This document shows positions 50,516 to 63,750 of a stretch of DNA of 64,000 bases, piece by piece. The DNA comes from Chiloscyllium plagiosum (Eukaryota): positions 73,270,533 through 73,334,532 of the forward strand of contig NC_057718.1 in the NCBI RefSeq assembly GCF_004010195.1, written 5' to 3'. Positions within the stretch are counted from its first letter, which is position 1. The number at the start of each line of letters is the position of its first letter. A program made the position numbers and the translations under genes. Under the pieces are notes generated by a model, which saw only the letters and a program-made list of their open reading frames with translations, was not told the origin of the DNA and ran no database searches.

Positions 50516-51130
50516 TGAACAGGAGTGCTTTTTCCCCCTCCAACGCTATTTTGATTTAGTCCCTCCCCTCCCCTTCACTGTTTGATCACACAGCATTGCC
50601 TTTTGATGTGAAGGGCACTGCTTGTCACTGGCCACTCGGGTGTTTTCCTATCTTCCTGGTGGTGGAAATTGAATAAAGATTTGTGCACTTTGTGTCTTTC
50701 ACTGTGTCTCACACCTGCCCACACACACACAACATGGGTGCTGGGGGAAAAAATAAGCACTACCGCACTTAAGTGGTAGTGTGGGGGTTATATATTTTTA
50801 AAAAAAGAAGAAAAAGAAAAAATGAACAGGAGTGCTTTTTCCCCCTCCAACGCTATTTTGATTTAGTCCCTCCCCTCCCCTTCACTGTTTGATCACACAG
50901 CATTGCCTTTTGATGTGAAGGGCACTGCTTGTCACTGGCCACTCGGGTGTTTTCCTATCTTCCTGGTGGTGGAAATTGATTAAAGATTTGTACACTTTGT
51001 GTCTCACACCTGCACACACGCACCATGGGTGCTGGGGAAAAATGAGCACTACCGCAGTTAGGGGGTTAATTAAAAAAAAACAGATGATAAGGGCACTGGT
51101 TGTCACTGGCCACTCAGGTGTTTTCCTTTT
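50225..51130 (+). repeat. Tandem 307-bp repeat of the Tx1 3'UTR + A tail + linker (about 2.8 units)
   Basis: Linkers at 50516 and 50823 (period 307). The third unit is diverged and runs into the 5' end of the second Tx1 copy. Confidence 0.9.
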
Positions 51131-52405
51131 GAGAGCTGGATCAGTGTAAGTGTGAGTGTGAGTGCGCACGTGCAAGGACTCTCCTCCTTGAAGGGGACTG
51201 TCCCTGGACCAGCTGCCCCACATCCAGAGAGCTGAAGGAAGGAAGAGGAGGAAGATGAAGAAGGAGGTGAGAGCTTTGAGTCTGGGGCCTACTTTTGGAG
51301 CTGCAGCCTGGGCCTCACCCAGGTCAAGGGAGTGTTGCTGCTGACCTGGGGCCCACTCCCACTGCTGCTGCCTGGGACTTGCCTTGGGGCCCCTCCCAGA
51401 ACCTCCATCACTGCCGCTGCTGTTAGAGGCCCACCTCCACCGCTGCTGCCTGGGACTTGCCATGGGGACCCTCCCCAACAGGTCTGCCCCCACTGCTGCG
51501 ACCAAGGGCCTGCCTCCAACGCTGAGGCCTGCCTTCACCATCGCTGCCTGGGACTCAATTTTGGGGCTGTCTGGACCCTCCCCAACAAGTCTGCCCCCAC
51601 CGCTGCGACCAAGGGCCTACCTGGGACTTGCCCAAGGCCTGCCTCCAGCGCTGCTGTTGCCTGAGGCCTGCCTCCACCACTACTGCTGCCTGAGACTCGC
51701 CTTGGGTGACTGGCCTTGGGCCCCTCCCCACAACCTCCACCACTGCTGCTGCCAGAGGCCCACCTCCACCGCTGCTGCCTGAGGCCTATCAACATCCAGC
51801 AGCAGAGTATGGCGAGCCCGAAGGTCGCGGGGCCCAGCCGCACCTACGCCGAGGTAGCCGCTGCCTTAGGCTCGGCTGCTCCGGCCGGCCAGAAAGGCGC
51901 TCAGGAAGACGCAACATGTCCTGCAGTAAGGCCATGGCTAGTGTGTGGTCGGCCCACTGTCCATCGTCGCTGTGGCCCGGATGTATGGGAAGGCCGCCTT
52001 TTTCCTTAAGACCGAGCAGGCGGTCTACCTGGCCGTGGAGAGGGGGCTCACTGTGGGCGGGACACATTTACCCGTCGACCCTCTGGAGGTTACGGCCCAG
52101 AGGGTCGTGATCTCCAACGTCCCGCCCTTCATTGCCAGTGAGCTCCTTCTCCCCCATCTCACCACCTTGGGGCAGATCCGGTCGGGTATCCAACCACTCC
52201 TGCTCAGTCTTAAGGACCCCGCCCTCCGACACGTGTACTCCTTCCGACGTCAGGTGTTCATTTGCCTGGCCCGGGAGGAGGTCACCGAGGGCTCTTTCAC
52301 ACTCCTCCACGAGGGCGCGGCCTACCGTGTCTCCTTGTTTACGGACGGCGTGCGGTGCCACCTGTGCCGAGAGGTGGGGCACATTAGAAAAAACTGTCCC
52401 ACCCC
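51131..52405 (+). mobile_element. Second Tx1 copy: 5'UTR and ORF1 N-terminal part, 3'-truncated
   Basis: Aligns by eye with 41077-42765; MASPKVAGPSRTYA...CHLCREVGHIRKNCPT, then an abrupt end. Confidence 0.85.
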
Positions 52406-52425
52406 CGGTGGAAAGCACAATCCTA

Positions 52426-52484
52426 CAGCCTACAGCTTCACTCATACCAAACTGTCACAATTCCTGTTTGATTACAGGATCACC
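52426..52484 (+). pseudogene. Ty3/Gypsy integrase core remnant
   Basis: Translates, with one frameshift, to QPTASL-TKLSQFLFDYRIT, resembling the L..FL..YR.TPH motif of Gypsy integrases. Very short. Confidence 0.5.
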
Positions 52485-52880
52485 TATAGGGTAAATTATG
52501 GCAAATGGAATTTGATCTGGATGAATGTGAGGTGATGCACTTGGGCAGGACAAATAAGGCAAAGGAATACATGAATGGTAGGACACTGGGAAGCACTGAG
52601 GATCCAAGGGACCTTGGTGTCCATGTCCAACATTCCCTTAAGGTAGTGTGGGATAAATAGATAAACTAGTTAAGAAGGCAAATGGGATACTTGCCTTAAT
52701 TAGCTAAGGCATAGAATTTAAGAGCAGGGGAGGGTATGTTGGAACTATGTGAAATATTGGTTAGGTCATAGGTAGAGTATTGTGTGCAGTTCTGGAATCC
52801 ACAATGTAGAAGGATGTGATTACACTGGAGAACATGCAGAAAAGATTTATGAGGATTTGCCTGAGCTGGAAAGTTTTATT
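52485..52880 (+). mobile_element. Old CR1 RT fragment
   Basis: WQMEF-CEVMHLG, DLGVHV and EYCVQFW motifs. Confidence 0.75.
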
Positions 52881-53845
52881 ATGGGTTAGGTTTCATTAAA
52901 ATATTTATGGAAGGTTGGAGACTACCAAGGAGAACATTAAATAGAGTCTGGAGGCAAGAAAATGCACTACAAATTTTATCATCATCATCTCATGAGCTGC
53001 GTTCCTACTAATTTTTCTTGTGCATAGGTCTCCGAGGTCCACCTGTGGCAAAAACTTCTGGATCCAGAAGTCAATGCATCTGCACACAAATCAGCATGCA
53101 TGGACTTTCTGAGTGGTTGCACGGTCATATGGCTGACAGTTTAGAGGGAATGTTACTCAGGAATGCTAAATTAAAGAATATGATATGGAGGTGCCAGTGT
53201 TAGACTGGGTTGGACAAATTAAAGAACAGTATTGAAATACAAGAGAAAGAAATTGGAAATAATATCATTTCATTCGTGAAACTAGACCAGACAGTGAATT
53301 AATGATAAGTTTAAATTGTTTCATGCATTTTACCAGCTGGAACCACAAATATGTTACACCAAATACTCTAATGTTACTACAGGCAGGGAAACAAGACAAC
53401 TGATAAAGTGAAAAACAATGAATTTACCTGTAGCACATCAGCTAGTATTGGATTCACATTTCATGGCGGACCCATTAATGTAAATCTTTTCCTTGCACTT
53501 CTTTTTCTTTATTATTTGTTCACAGGATGGGTGCATCACTGGCTAGATGTATATGTGTTGCCCATTCCTAATTCCTTTTGATCAGGTGGTGGTAAGCCAC
53601 ATGCATGAACCACTGCAGCCCTTGGGCATAGATATATCTGTCAGGAAGGGAGTTCAGGGATTTGACCAGTGACAGTGAAGGATTGGATCCAGCACCGGCA
53701 CCTTCACATCAGTGAAGGATTGATGATATGTATTTCCAAGTCAGGATGGTGTGTAGCTTGGGGAGGAGCTTGTGCTGGCGGCAATCCTATGCATTTGCTG
53801 CCCTTGTCCGTTTAGATGGTAATGGTCATGGGTTTGGCAGATAAG

Positions 53846-54168
53846 ATTGGATTAGATTTCCTACAGTGTGGAAACAGGCACTTTGGCTCAACAAATCCAC
53901 ACCGACCCTCTGAAGAGCAACCCACCCAGACCCATTCCCTTACATTTACCCCTGACTAATCTACCTAACACTAAGGGCAATTTAGCATGGCCAATTCACC
54001 CAACCTGCACATCTTTGACCTGTGGGAGGAAACCGGAGCACCCGGAGGAAACCCACGCAGACACAGGGAGAATGTGCAAACTCCACACAGACAGTTACCC
54101 AAGATGGGAATTGAACCCGGGTCCCTAGTGCTGTGAGGCAACAGTGCTAACCACTGAGCCACCGTGCC
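53846..54168 (-). mobile_element. HE1-like V-SINE
   Basis: Complete element. Confidence 0.92.
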
Positions 54169-55662
54169 ATGATATCAAAGGAATTTGCTCTAAGGCTGAA
54201 AATAGTGCATTTGTTGAAGGAGATTTAGTGAATTACATTCATCTGGGAAAGTTGAAAGTACTCCAACATTCTCCTGCCATATGCCTTGTAGATGATGGAC
54301 AGGCTTTAGGAATTTAGAAATGTACCTATTCACAGCCTCTGACAAATTCTTGTAGCCACAGTTTCATGAAACAATTCTAAAGGTCCAGTTAAAAATTCCA
54401 TTTGGAGCTATATATATTACGTATTGAAAATACATGAAAGCTACAGTCAACAAAAAGTTGTAAGTTTGCCAAAATTATTCCAGGAATGGGAAAATTATAG
54501 ACATGATGAAAGACTGGCTCTAAGGAATAAAATAATAAATTTGAAATGAGGTGTTAAAACATGATGCTAAGATTTCCATATACAGACAATAAAACAAATG
54601 AAGAGGAACTTGAAATTGCAAGAAGAAAAAGAATTCCAGAAAGTGACATCTAGAAAAGACAATATCAGCATTTGCTCGGAAATGAAAAGCTACGGAGTTC
54701 TCTTCTGGAGAGTGTGATATTATAAACTTCAGAACTTTAACAACTTTTCATGGATTGAACGAAGCAGCAATAATTCTTTCTGGTTTAAACGTTTAAGCGA
54801 CAAGGGCAAACAACTGAAAGTGATTAGCCAAGTCTGACAAAATGAACAAAACTGTGTGACACCTGCTTGATATCTGGCTGCCTTAGGCCACAAGGACATC
54901 TGATTGCCCTACAGAAGAACTTAAGGAGTTAGCTGCAGGAAAGCTGTGTCTTTCTTCCTACAGATATTTCACAAGGAGCAAAGAAGTTACTTCTGATAAA
55001 AAGGCAGGCTTGCAATATCTTGGATGAAAAAAATCTAAAAGATCATCGATAATATCACCCCATAGACCTGAAGGATGAAAATCTGTATAACAATCCAATA
55101 CCAGAACTCTTCTTCAGTAGAACTTCAAAGGATAACACTGCATAAGGATCAAATCCTGGACGTTAGAGAACAATGTTGGTTGGAATCGTAGGTAAATTCC
55201 ACCATTAATTGGGTAATGGTCAAGCTGAGTCATGAGGCTAAACTTGCTTACTTGAAGGGTCTTATTTTGGTAGCTACATGCAATAAAGATTAAATCATTG
55301 TTTCAGTACTTGATTGTGAGAGTTCATAATGTGTAGCTGGCTTAAAGATAACTTGTGATTTACCCACAACAAGGGCAAATTGCAAGGTAGCAGAAAAGGC
55401 ATAGTTGCAGAAAAACTCTAGTGGCTGTGTGAGGATGAAACAAGACAGACCAGTATGGCATACCAATACAGCAGATCTCCTGGCAGGAGTAGCTACTGCA
55501 ATAGACAAGCAGGAGGCTGGAAATCAATATTTCAGGTGTAACTCTTCTTCAAGTCTTGCCAAGGCAAAATTTCCTTTCTGCAGTGTGTTAGACTAAGATT
55601 GGAGGAATGCAATGTTCTTGTAATGCTAATAGTCCACGGATCACAACACCAAGTTAAAATAA

Positions 55663-57984
55663 TGAGTTTTGAGAAGATTTGCAGCTCAGGTTTGCTCGCT
55701 GAGCTGGAAGGTTCATTTCCAGACGTTTCATCACCCTACTAGGTAACATCTTCAGTGGGCCTCAGGTGAAGCACTGTACATGGTTCCTGCTTTCTATTTA
55801 TATGTTTGGGTTTCTTTGGGTTGGTGATGTCATTTCCTGTGGTGATGCAATTTCCTGTTCTTTTTCTCAGGGGGTGTAGATGGGGTCTAACTCGGTGTGT
55901 TTTTTGATAGAGTTCCGGTTGGAATGCCATGCTTCTAGGAATTCTCGATGTGTGTGTCTCTGTTTGGCTTGTCCTAAGATGGATGTGTTGTCCCAGTCAA
56001 AGTGGTGTCCTTCCTCATCTGTAGGTAAGGATATGAGTGAGAGAGGGTCATGTCGTTTTGTGGCTAGTTGGTTTTCACGTATCCTGGTGCTAGTTTTCTG
56101 CCTGTTTGTCCAATGTAGTGTTTGTTACAGTTCTTGCATGGTATTCTGTAATGACATTAGTTTGGCTTGTTGTCTGTATAGGGTCTTTCAAGTTCATTAG
56201 CTGCTGTTTTAGTGTGTTGGTGCATTTGTGGGCTACCATGATGCCACATTGAGTAGTCTGGCAGTCATTTCCGAGATGTCTTTGATGTAGGGGAGAGTGG
56301 TTGGGGTTTCTGGACGCGTTTTATCTGCTTGTTTGGGCTTGTTGCTGAAAAATCGGCGGACAGTGTTCATTGGGTACCCATTTGTTTTGAATACACGGTA
56401 TGGGTTATTTTCCTCTGCTCTGCGTAGTTCCTCTGTGCTGCAGTGTGTGTTGACTTGTTGAAATAATGTTCTGATGCAGCTTCATTTATGGATGTTTGGA
56501 TGATTGCTTCTGTAGTTCAATATTTGGTCTGTATGTGTTGTTAATCTGTAGATGCTGGTTTGAAGTTGCCCATTGGCTGTTCGCTCTAATGTGACATCTT
56601 GGAATGACAGTTTGCTGTTGTTTTCTTCCTCTTTAGTGAATTTTATGCCAGTAAGGACAATATTGATGGTCTTGAAGGTTTCCTCTAATTTGTTTCGTTT
56701 AGTGATGACAAAGGTGTCATTCGCATGGCAGACCCAAAGTTTGGGTTGGATAGTTGGCAGAGCTGTTTGTTCGAGTCTATGCATTACTGCCTCTGCTAAG
56801 AACTGCCTCTGATATCAGAGATCCCATGGGTGTTCTTTGGTTTGTCTATAGGCTTAGTTGTTGAAGGTGAAGTGTGTGGTAAGGCATAGGTCCAGTAGGT
56901 TGACGATACTGTCCTTGCTGATTAAGTTAGTGGTGTTTCGTGTATGTGTCTTTGGGTCTTCTAATAATGTAGTCAGTGTTTACCAGGCCAGGTTAATGTT
57001 GATTGATGTAAACAGGGTTGTTACATCAAAGGAGACCATTATTTAATCCTCTTCTGTTTTAGTGTCTTTGATGGTCTTCAGGAATTCTTGGGTGGAGTGG
57101 ATGGAGTGGCGTGAGTCTTCTACTAAGCATTTTAGTCTTTGGTGTAGCTCCTTGGCTAATCTGTAAGTTGGTGTTCCAGGTAGTAAGACTATGGGTCTGA
57201 GGGGGGCTCCAGGTTTGTGAATTTTGGGTAATTCTTAGAAGGATATTGTGTTGGATCTGTTTGGTTTCATTTTTTGGAAGTCAGTCTTATTTATTTCTCC
57301 AGATTTCTGAAGGTTTTTGAGTAAGGCTGTGATTCAGTTCTCTAGTTGTGGGGTTGGGTCTATCACCACTTGTAGGTAAGTGTTGGTATTTCAATGTAGT
57401 CTCTTCAATTTAGAATGACTGTCAAGCATCCTTTGTCTGCAGGTAGGATAACAATATTTTTATCTTTTTTTAGTCTTTCCAGTGCTTTCCTTTCTTGTGT
57501 GTTGAGTGTGTTTCCTTCCTTTTTTCTGCTTAATGTTGGTGCAACTACCTGTCTGATGGCTTGCTGGGTTTCTTCTGTGAGTTGATTGTCTTTTAGTGTT
57601 GTTTCTAATGCTGCTAAGAAATTTTTCTTGTCCGCATCCTGGCAGTTGTAATTTAATCCTCTTACTAAGATGGCTTTTTCAGCGTCTGTTAAGGGTCAGT
57701 CAGATAAGTTTTTTATCCATGCTTCTGTGTTGTCAGTGTTGTTACTTTGTGTAAGTTTGTCTAGTTTCTAGTTATTTACAAAATACTGTGCAAGAACTAT
57801 AACATCACAGGAAATGACATCACCACAAGAAATGACATCACCAACCCAAATAACCCCAAACATATAAATAGAAAGCAGGAATTTTCAGCATTGCTTTGCC
57901 TGAGGCCCACAGATGATGTTACCTAGTAGAGTGATGAAACATCGGGAAATGAAACTTTCAGCTCAGCGAGCAAACCTACATCCA
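55663..57984 (-). mobile_element. Penelope-like element, near full ORF (RT + GIY-YIG remnants), with inverted terminal copy
   Basis: SFDVTTLFTSI, IKFTKEEENNSKLSFQDV and YRSNHP motifs; terminal ~190 bp repeated in inverted orientation at about 57800-57980; possible TAAAATAA TSD; hammerhead at 55719-55758. Confidence 0.88.
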
Positions 57985-60079
57985 TAAAATAAAAATATTT
58001 TTTCTAGTTACTTAAATGACCAAGTGCATATCTATCTATGACAGGTTTTAAATAAAAAAATCTATCAGCCAGGTTTCTTAATAAACACATTTTTTTTAAT
58101 CGAAACGAAAGTAATTTATTGAAGTCACAGTAATTAGTTAACATACTCAGCAGTAAAGATGTGTAAATGTGTGTTACTCTGAATATTGGAAATCTAATAA
58201 AAAAACAGATTTTGCTGCAGAGATTGGCTTTCTGGAAAAAAAAAGCACTTTGATCAATGGATTATTCTTAAAGGCAAAACAAAAAAGTGCAGAATATTCT
58301 GGAGTCTATTGCTCTGATGTTCTGTTTTGTATGGTCGAATTATTATTATTCGCAGTTGTCTCTGAAGTCCTGCAGTCACAGCTTGATTAAGAAATCTAAT
58401 CTTGAGATTTTTTTCTATAATCGCTCACTCAAAAGAATGATTAGGTTTCACCCTGAAGGAGGGTTTTCCTTTCAGAAATGAAAGTGATCATCTGAGCAAC
58501 CGTCCTTTGCAAGCTTTCCTCCAACTCAACTTCCTTAGTAATGTTCCTCTAAACTAACATGCTTTGCGCAGCTTCTTTTTGATTCCATTTGTTCTTAACA
58601 TTAAATTTAAATAACTAAATATTTGTTTCCAGCAAGGTCAAGTGGAACTGCAGAAGGGGCTCACATTTCAAACATTATCAACTGAACCTATTGGCTCAAA
58701 TAGAATTATTTGTGTCTTATAGAGGAGCAATGTTTTTGCAGTTAGACTTATCAGGGCATTCCGGAAATCAGTGCACCACTGAGAGTAGAAGAGCATACAG
58801 CTGTACATGAAGATAGGAAGAATGATTCCAGTGATAATGAGGTGACAGCTGTCTTCCCATGCAGCTGGCTTTTGACATTTCGAGGCCGCTTCTGATTTAC
58901 TTTTATCAGTCTTTCTTCTAATATTGTTTTATCGTTAATTTTTGTCAATTATTTCATTATTTTCTTTTTTCTCTCTACCGTATAACTATAAGAGTCATTG
59001 GATTTCCCTACGTGAACTTCCAAAAATGTGATGATCAGAAGAAATCTAGGATGACTAGGAGTTATCAGGTGGATCATATACATGAGAAATGTTGAGTGCC
59101 TAACTGATAAGAGATGTAAAATCAGACATTGCTTGGTCTGGCAGCATATGTGAAAAGAAAGCAGAGTCAACTGTTTATGATTCAGTGATCCTCCTGCATC
59201 ACTGTACCCAAAATGTTAACTCTGTTTTCTCTCCGCTGTTGCTGCCAGGCCTATTGAGTTTTTCCAGCAATTTCTGAATTTATTTCTGATTTCTCGCATA
59301 TGCAATTTTTTTTTGGATAAGGAATGCATACCAAATCCTCAGGTAGAAATGATTGGTCTTGCTTTGAAAGGATGTCAGCACTTGACAACCAGCGCAATGG
59401 TACATAAAAGTGAGAAAACTTGAGCCAGTGCGATGCTGGATGGCTATTCTGAAGCATCCCAGTCATACCATAGCTTGATTTCATAGATGTTGCATAAAAT
59501 AAGTTATGGCACTGTAATGAACAAAATAGCTTCATAGCCAAATAAATACTTCTGAAGTGTAGTCATGTTGTAATGCAGTAGGATTCATAGGTTCATGCAG
59601 TGTAGCAAAGGTCCTTCCACCCAACTGACATAACAACCAATAAAATCTGCCTTCTTTCAATCCAAAGCTGTCTTTTGCAGGCCAGCCTTTTCGGTGTCTA
59701 GAACAAATTTTAACCATACTGTATTGTGATCATTATCACCTAAATGTTTCCTCACTACTTCATCGAACAGTTATCCAGCTTCTTTCCTCAGAACCAGATC
59801 CAGCACTGGTCTATCCCTTATTGAGTCTTCTTCGTATTGATACAAAAACTTCCCTGGATATTTTTCAAGAAATCTGCCCCTTCTAAATCCTTAACACTAT
59901 GACTATCCCAATTTATATTGGGAAAGTTGAAATCCCCTTGTATAATTATCCCCTAGTATAATTATCATCTGACACACCTCTGTGAACTATTTACATATTT
60001 GCTCCTGTATTTCCCGCTGACTTTCTGGGAGCCTATAATACACTCCCAGTAGGGTAGATGCACCCTTAGCATTCCTAAG

Positions 60080-60300
60080 TTTAGATTAGATTGCATACAG
60101 TATGGAAACAGGCCCTTCAGCCCAAGAAGTCCGCACTGACCCTCTGAAGAGTAACCCACCCAGACCCATTACCCTACCTTACATTTAGCCCTGACTAATG
60201 CACCTAACACTATGGGCAATTTAGCATGGCCAATTCACCTAACCTGCACATCTTTGTATTGTGGAAGGAAACTAGAGCACCTGGAAGAAACCCATGCAGA
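60080..60300 (-). mobile_element. 5'-truncated HE1-like SINE
   Basis: Tail and V-domain only. Confidence 0.85.
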
Positions 60301-60469
60301 GGAAATTGATGGGATTGAAGGTTGAATATTCTTTAGGTCTTGACAGTCTACATCTCAGAATATCTAAGGAAGGGGCCCTAGAAATAATGGTTACATAGGT
60401 CATCATCTTCCAAGATAGTACAGACTCTTGAATAGTTTCAACAGGTTGGAAGGTAGCTAATATAATCTA

Positions 60470-63400
60470 TCAGACCATAAGAAATAGGAACATGAGTAGG
60501 CCATGCAGTCATTCAAGCCTGTTCCACCATTCAATGAGATTGTAACTGATCCAATATTCCTCATCTCCACTCCCCTGCATTATCCCCATTACTTTTAATT
60601 CTCAACTGATCAAGGATTAATCTATCTCAGCCTTTAATGTGCACAGGGCCTTGTCCATCACAGTTTTCTGTGGAAAAGAGTTCTGATGACTGACAACCCT
60701 CTGAGAGAAGAAATTCTTCCTCATCTTAGACTTTTTGCATCCTTTTATTCTGAGACTATGCACCCTCACCTCTCCCCCAGCCCCACCACTGTCCTAGACT
60801 CATCCATGAGGGGAAACATCCTCTCAGCATTTACCCTGTCAAGTCCCTTAAGAATCCTATTTGTTTCAATGAGATGACTTCTTATTCTTTTAAACTCCTT
60901 TGCTCATAAGACTATCTCTCCACACTAAGGATCATCCTCATGAACCTTCCCTGATCAGCATCCAGTGAAATGATATTTTTCCTTGAATACAGGGACCAAA
61001 ACCGATCATAGTACCCAAGAATTAGTCTCATCAGCACCTTGTGCAGTGCAGTAAAACTCCCCACTCTTATACTCCAAACTCTTCCTGAATATCTGCTGCA
61101 CCTGTGTGATAGCTTTCTGTGTCTTATATACCAGTCCCCCAAATCCCTTTGTGTTGTGGCTTTCTCAATTTAAGTAATGTCCTGTCCTTTTGTTCTCCCT
61201 TCCAAAATGAGCAACTTCACACTTGCCTGCGTTATACTCCACTTGTCAATTTGTTTGCCCACTTAATTGACATCTGTCTCTCACTGTAAACTGTTAGTAT
61301 ACTTCTTGCAACTTGCCTTTCAACCTTTTTTTGTGTTGTCTGCAAATTTGGCAACAGTACATTAGCTTCCTTCCTCCAAGACATTTATATTTATTGTAAG
61401 CAGTTGTGGCCCCAGCACTTTGCCCTCCTAGTTTATTTTCTCTGTCTTTATTATCTTTTTCACAGTACATTCGCTTCCTTCCTCCAAGACATTTATATTT
61501 ATTGTAAGCAGTTGTGGCCCCCAGCACTTTGCCCTCCTAGTTTATTTTCTCTGTCTTTATTATCTTTTTCCTCCCTTGCTAGATTTGGAATTTGCCTTCA
61601 TGGCTCTCATTGACGAATGCCTCCTTATCTCCTTTATCTTTCAATTTAATACTATCCTTAACTTCCTTGGTTAACCATGGTTGATTTATCCCTCTAGAAC
61701 CCCAATAGTTACAGGTTGCCTACCTGAAAAAGAATGCCTGATCTCTATTTGCTGTTTCCTGCCCATTAGCTGATTCTCTATCCATACCAATATTCGGCCT
61801 CTAATATCATGTCTCATATCTTATAGCTTAACCTTTTGTGAAGTACCTTGTTGAACATCTTCTGGAAGTCCCTGTATAACACATCTACAAGTGCTCCACT
61901 ATCCACTCTGATTACAAATTCCTCAAATATCGAATAAGTTAGTCAGATACAATTTCCCTTTCATGAAGCATGCTGATTCTGTTTGATTAGATTATGATTT
62001 TCCAAACGTTCTGCTATTACTTCCTTAATAATTGATTCCAATACTTTTCCAAAAATAGATGTTAGGCTAATCAGCCAAAACCATTTTTTTGTCTCCCTCC
62101 CTTTCCAGTGCTCTGGTACTTCCCCAGAATTCAAGGATTTTTGGAATATTACAATCAATGCATTTACCATCCCCGAGGCTACCTTTTTTAGGAACCAAAG
62201 ATGCAAGTAATCAAGGGCAAGGGACTTTTCTGGCTTTAGCACCAATAATTTGTCTCATATTACTTATGTCATGGTTGTGATGGCATTGATTCATCCTCTA
62301 CATTCTTTAGTATTAATGGGATGTTCGAAGTAGGTATTCCATCATGGGGATTAATGCAAAATATCTGTTTAACTCCTCTGCCATTTCCTTGTTGCGCATA
62401 ACTGTCTCATCCAACTCAATTTCTGGGGACTGATTTTCACTTTGACCTTTCCTTCCTTACATATTTGAAGAAGCTCTTTTATGTCAGTTTTTATATTCCT
62501 CACTGGTTATCCCTCCTACTTTGTTTTCTCTGCCACTATTAACTGTTTCCTGCTTTGCTGGATGCTCAACTTGTCCTCGTCTTCATGGCTCTCATTGACT
62601 TTTGCCTCCTTATATCCTGTATCTTTCAATTTAATGCTATCCTTAACTTCCTTGGTTAGCCATGGTTGATTTACCCTTCTCTCAGGAACCTTTCTCCTTA
62701 TTGGGATTTCTTTTTGCTGAGAATCATGGATTATCTCCTTAAATATCTGCCACTGCTGGCTTAGTATCATTCCTGCGAATCTATCTGCCTGTTCACTTTA
62801 GCCAGCTGTATTCTAATTTCACTGTAATTCCCTTTATTCACATTAAACACAATTGTTTCTGACCCGTGTTTCTCACTCTCAAAATGAATGTTAAATTCTA
62901 TCATGTTATGATAGTTACTTCCGAAGAGATGTTTTACTGAGGTAATTTATTAAAGTACATCATCACATTACCAAATCCAAGGTAGCATACCTTGGCTCCA
63001 TGACATATTGGACTCAGAAACGATCACTAATGTACTCTATGAATTTGTGACCGCAGCTATTCTTTCTAACTTGTTAACCCAAATCAACTTAAAGATTAAA
63101 GTCACCCATATTATTACTCTATTCTTTTACATTCAACTGTTATTTGTTGACTTGTAGCCTTTCATACAGAGTGGCTACTGCCTGGGGGCCTATACACTAC
63201 CCCCACCATTTTCTTTCCCTACATTATCTGAACGTACAATATCTATTGCAACTGTTCTCATTTCATCTATTGTTAAGAGTGCTATCCCACCAACGTTTCT
63301 ATCCCTCCTGTCTTTCTGAAAGATCACATTTCCCTGAATGTTACATTTCTAGTTTTTATCTCCTTCTTAGCATCTTTCTGTGGTAGCTATGAGATCACAT

Positions 63401-63750
63401 TCATTTATCGTGCTTTGTGGCATTAGTTCATCTATCTTAGTCCCAATGTTTCGAGCATTTAGATTACATGTCTTTAAATTTGTTCTATCATTGTGTTTCT
63501 CTGCGCTTTTATGGTTCCTTGGTGCAGTATGACATTCACACGTTCTGATCTTGCCTTTAAGTTTCTGGTAGCAATCAGCCTCATCACTAACTGACAATTC
63601 TATCTCCTCCTTTATCTTTGATTTTCTAACTCAGTATGCAACTGAGATCTGCAATGCCCTAGTATTTATTTTAAAGCCCTATCTGCTACCCTGGTCATGC
63701 AATCCACCAGGACCCTTGTTCCAATTTGATTCAGGTGGATTTCATCCCAT
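60470..63750 (-). mobile_element. Old CR1 LINE fragments (tail, RT, EN)
   Basis: Degenerate KFAD, ISLTSIFGKVLESII and LNARNIGTKIDEL motifs. Confidence 0.75.
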
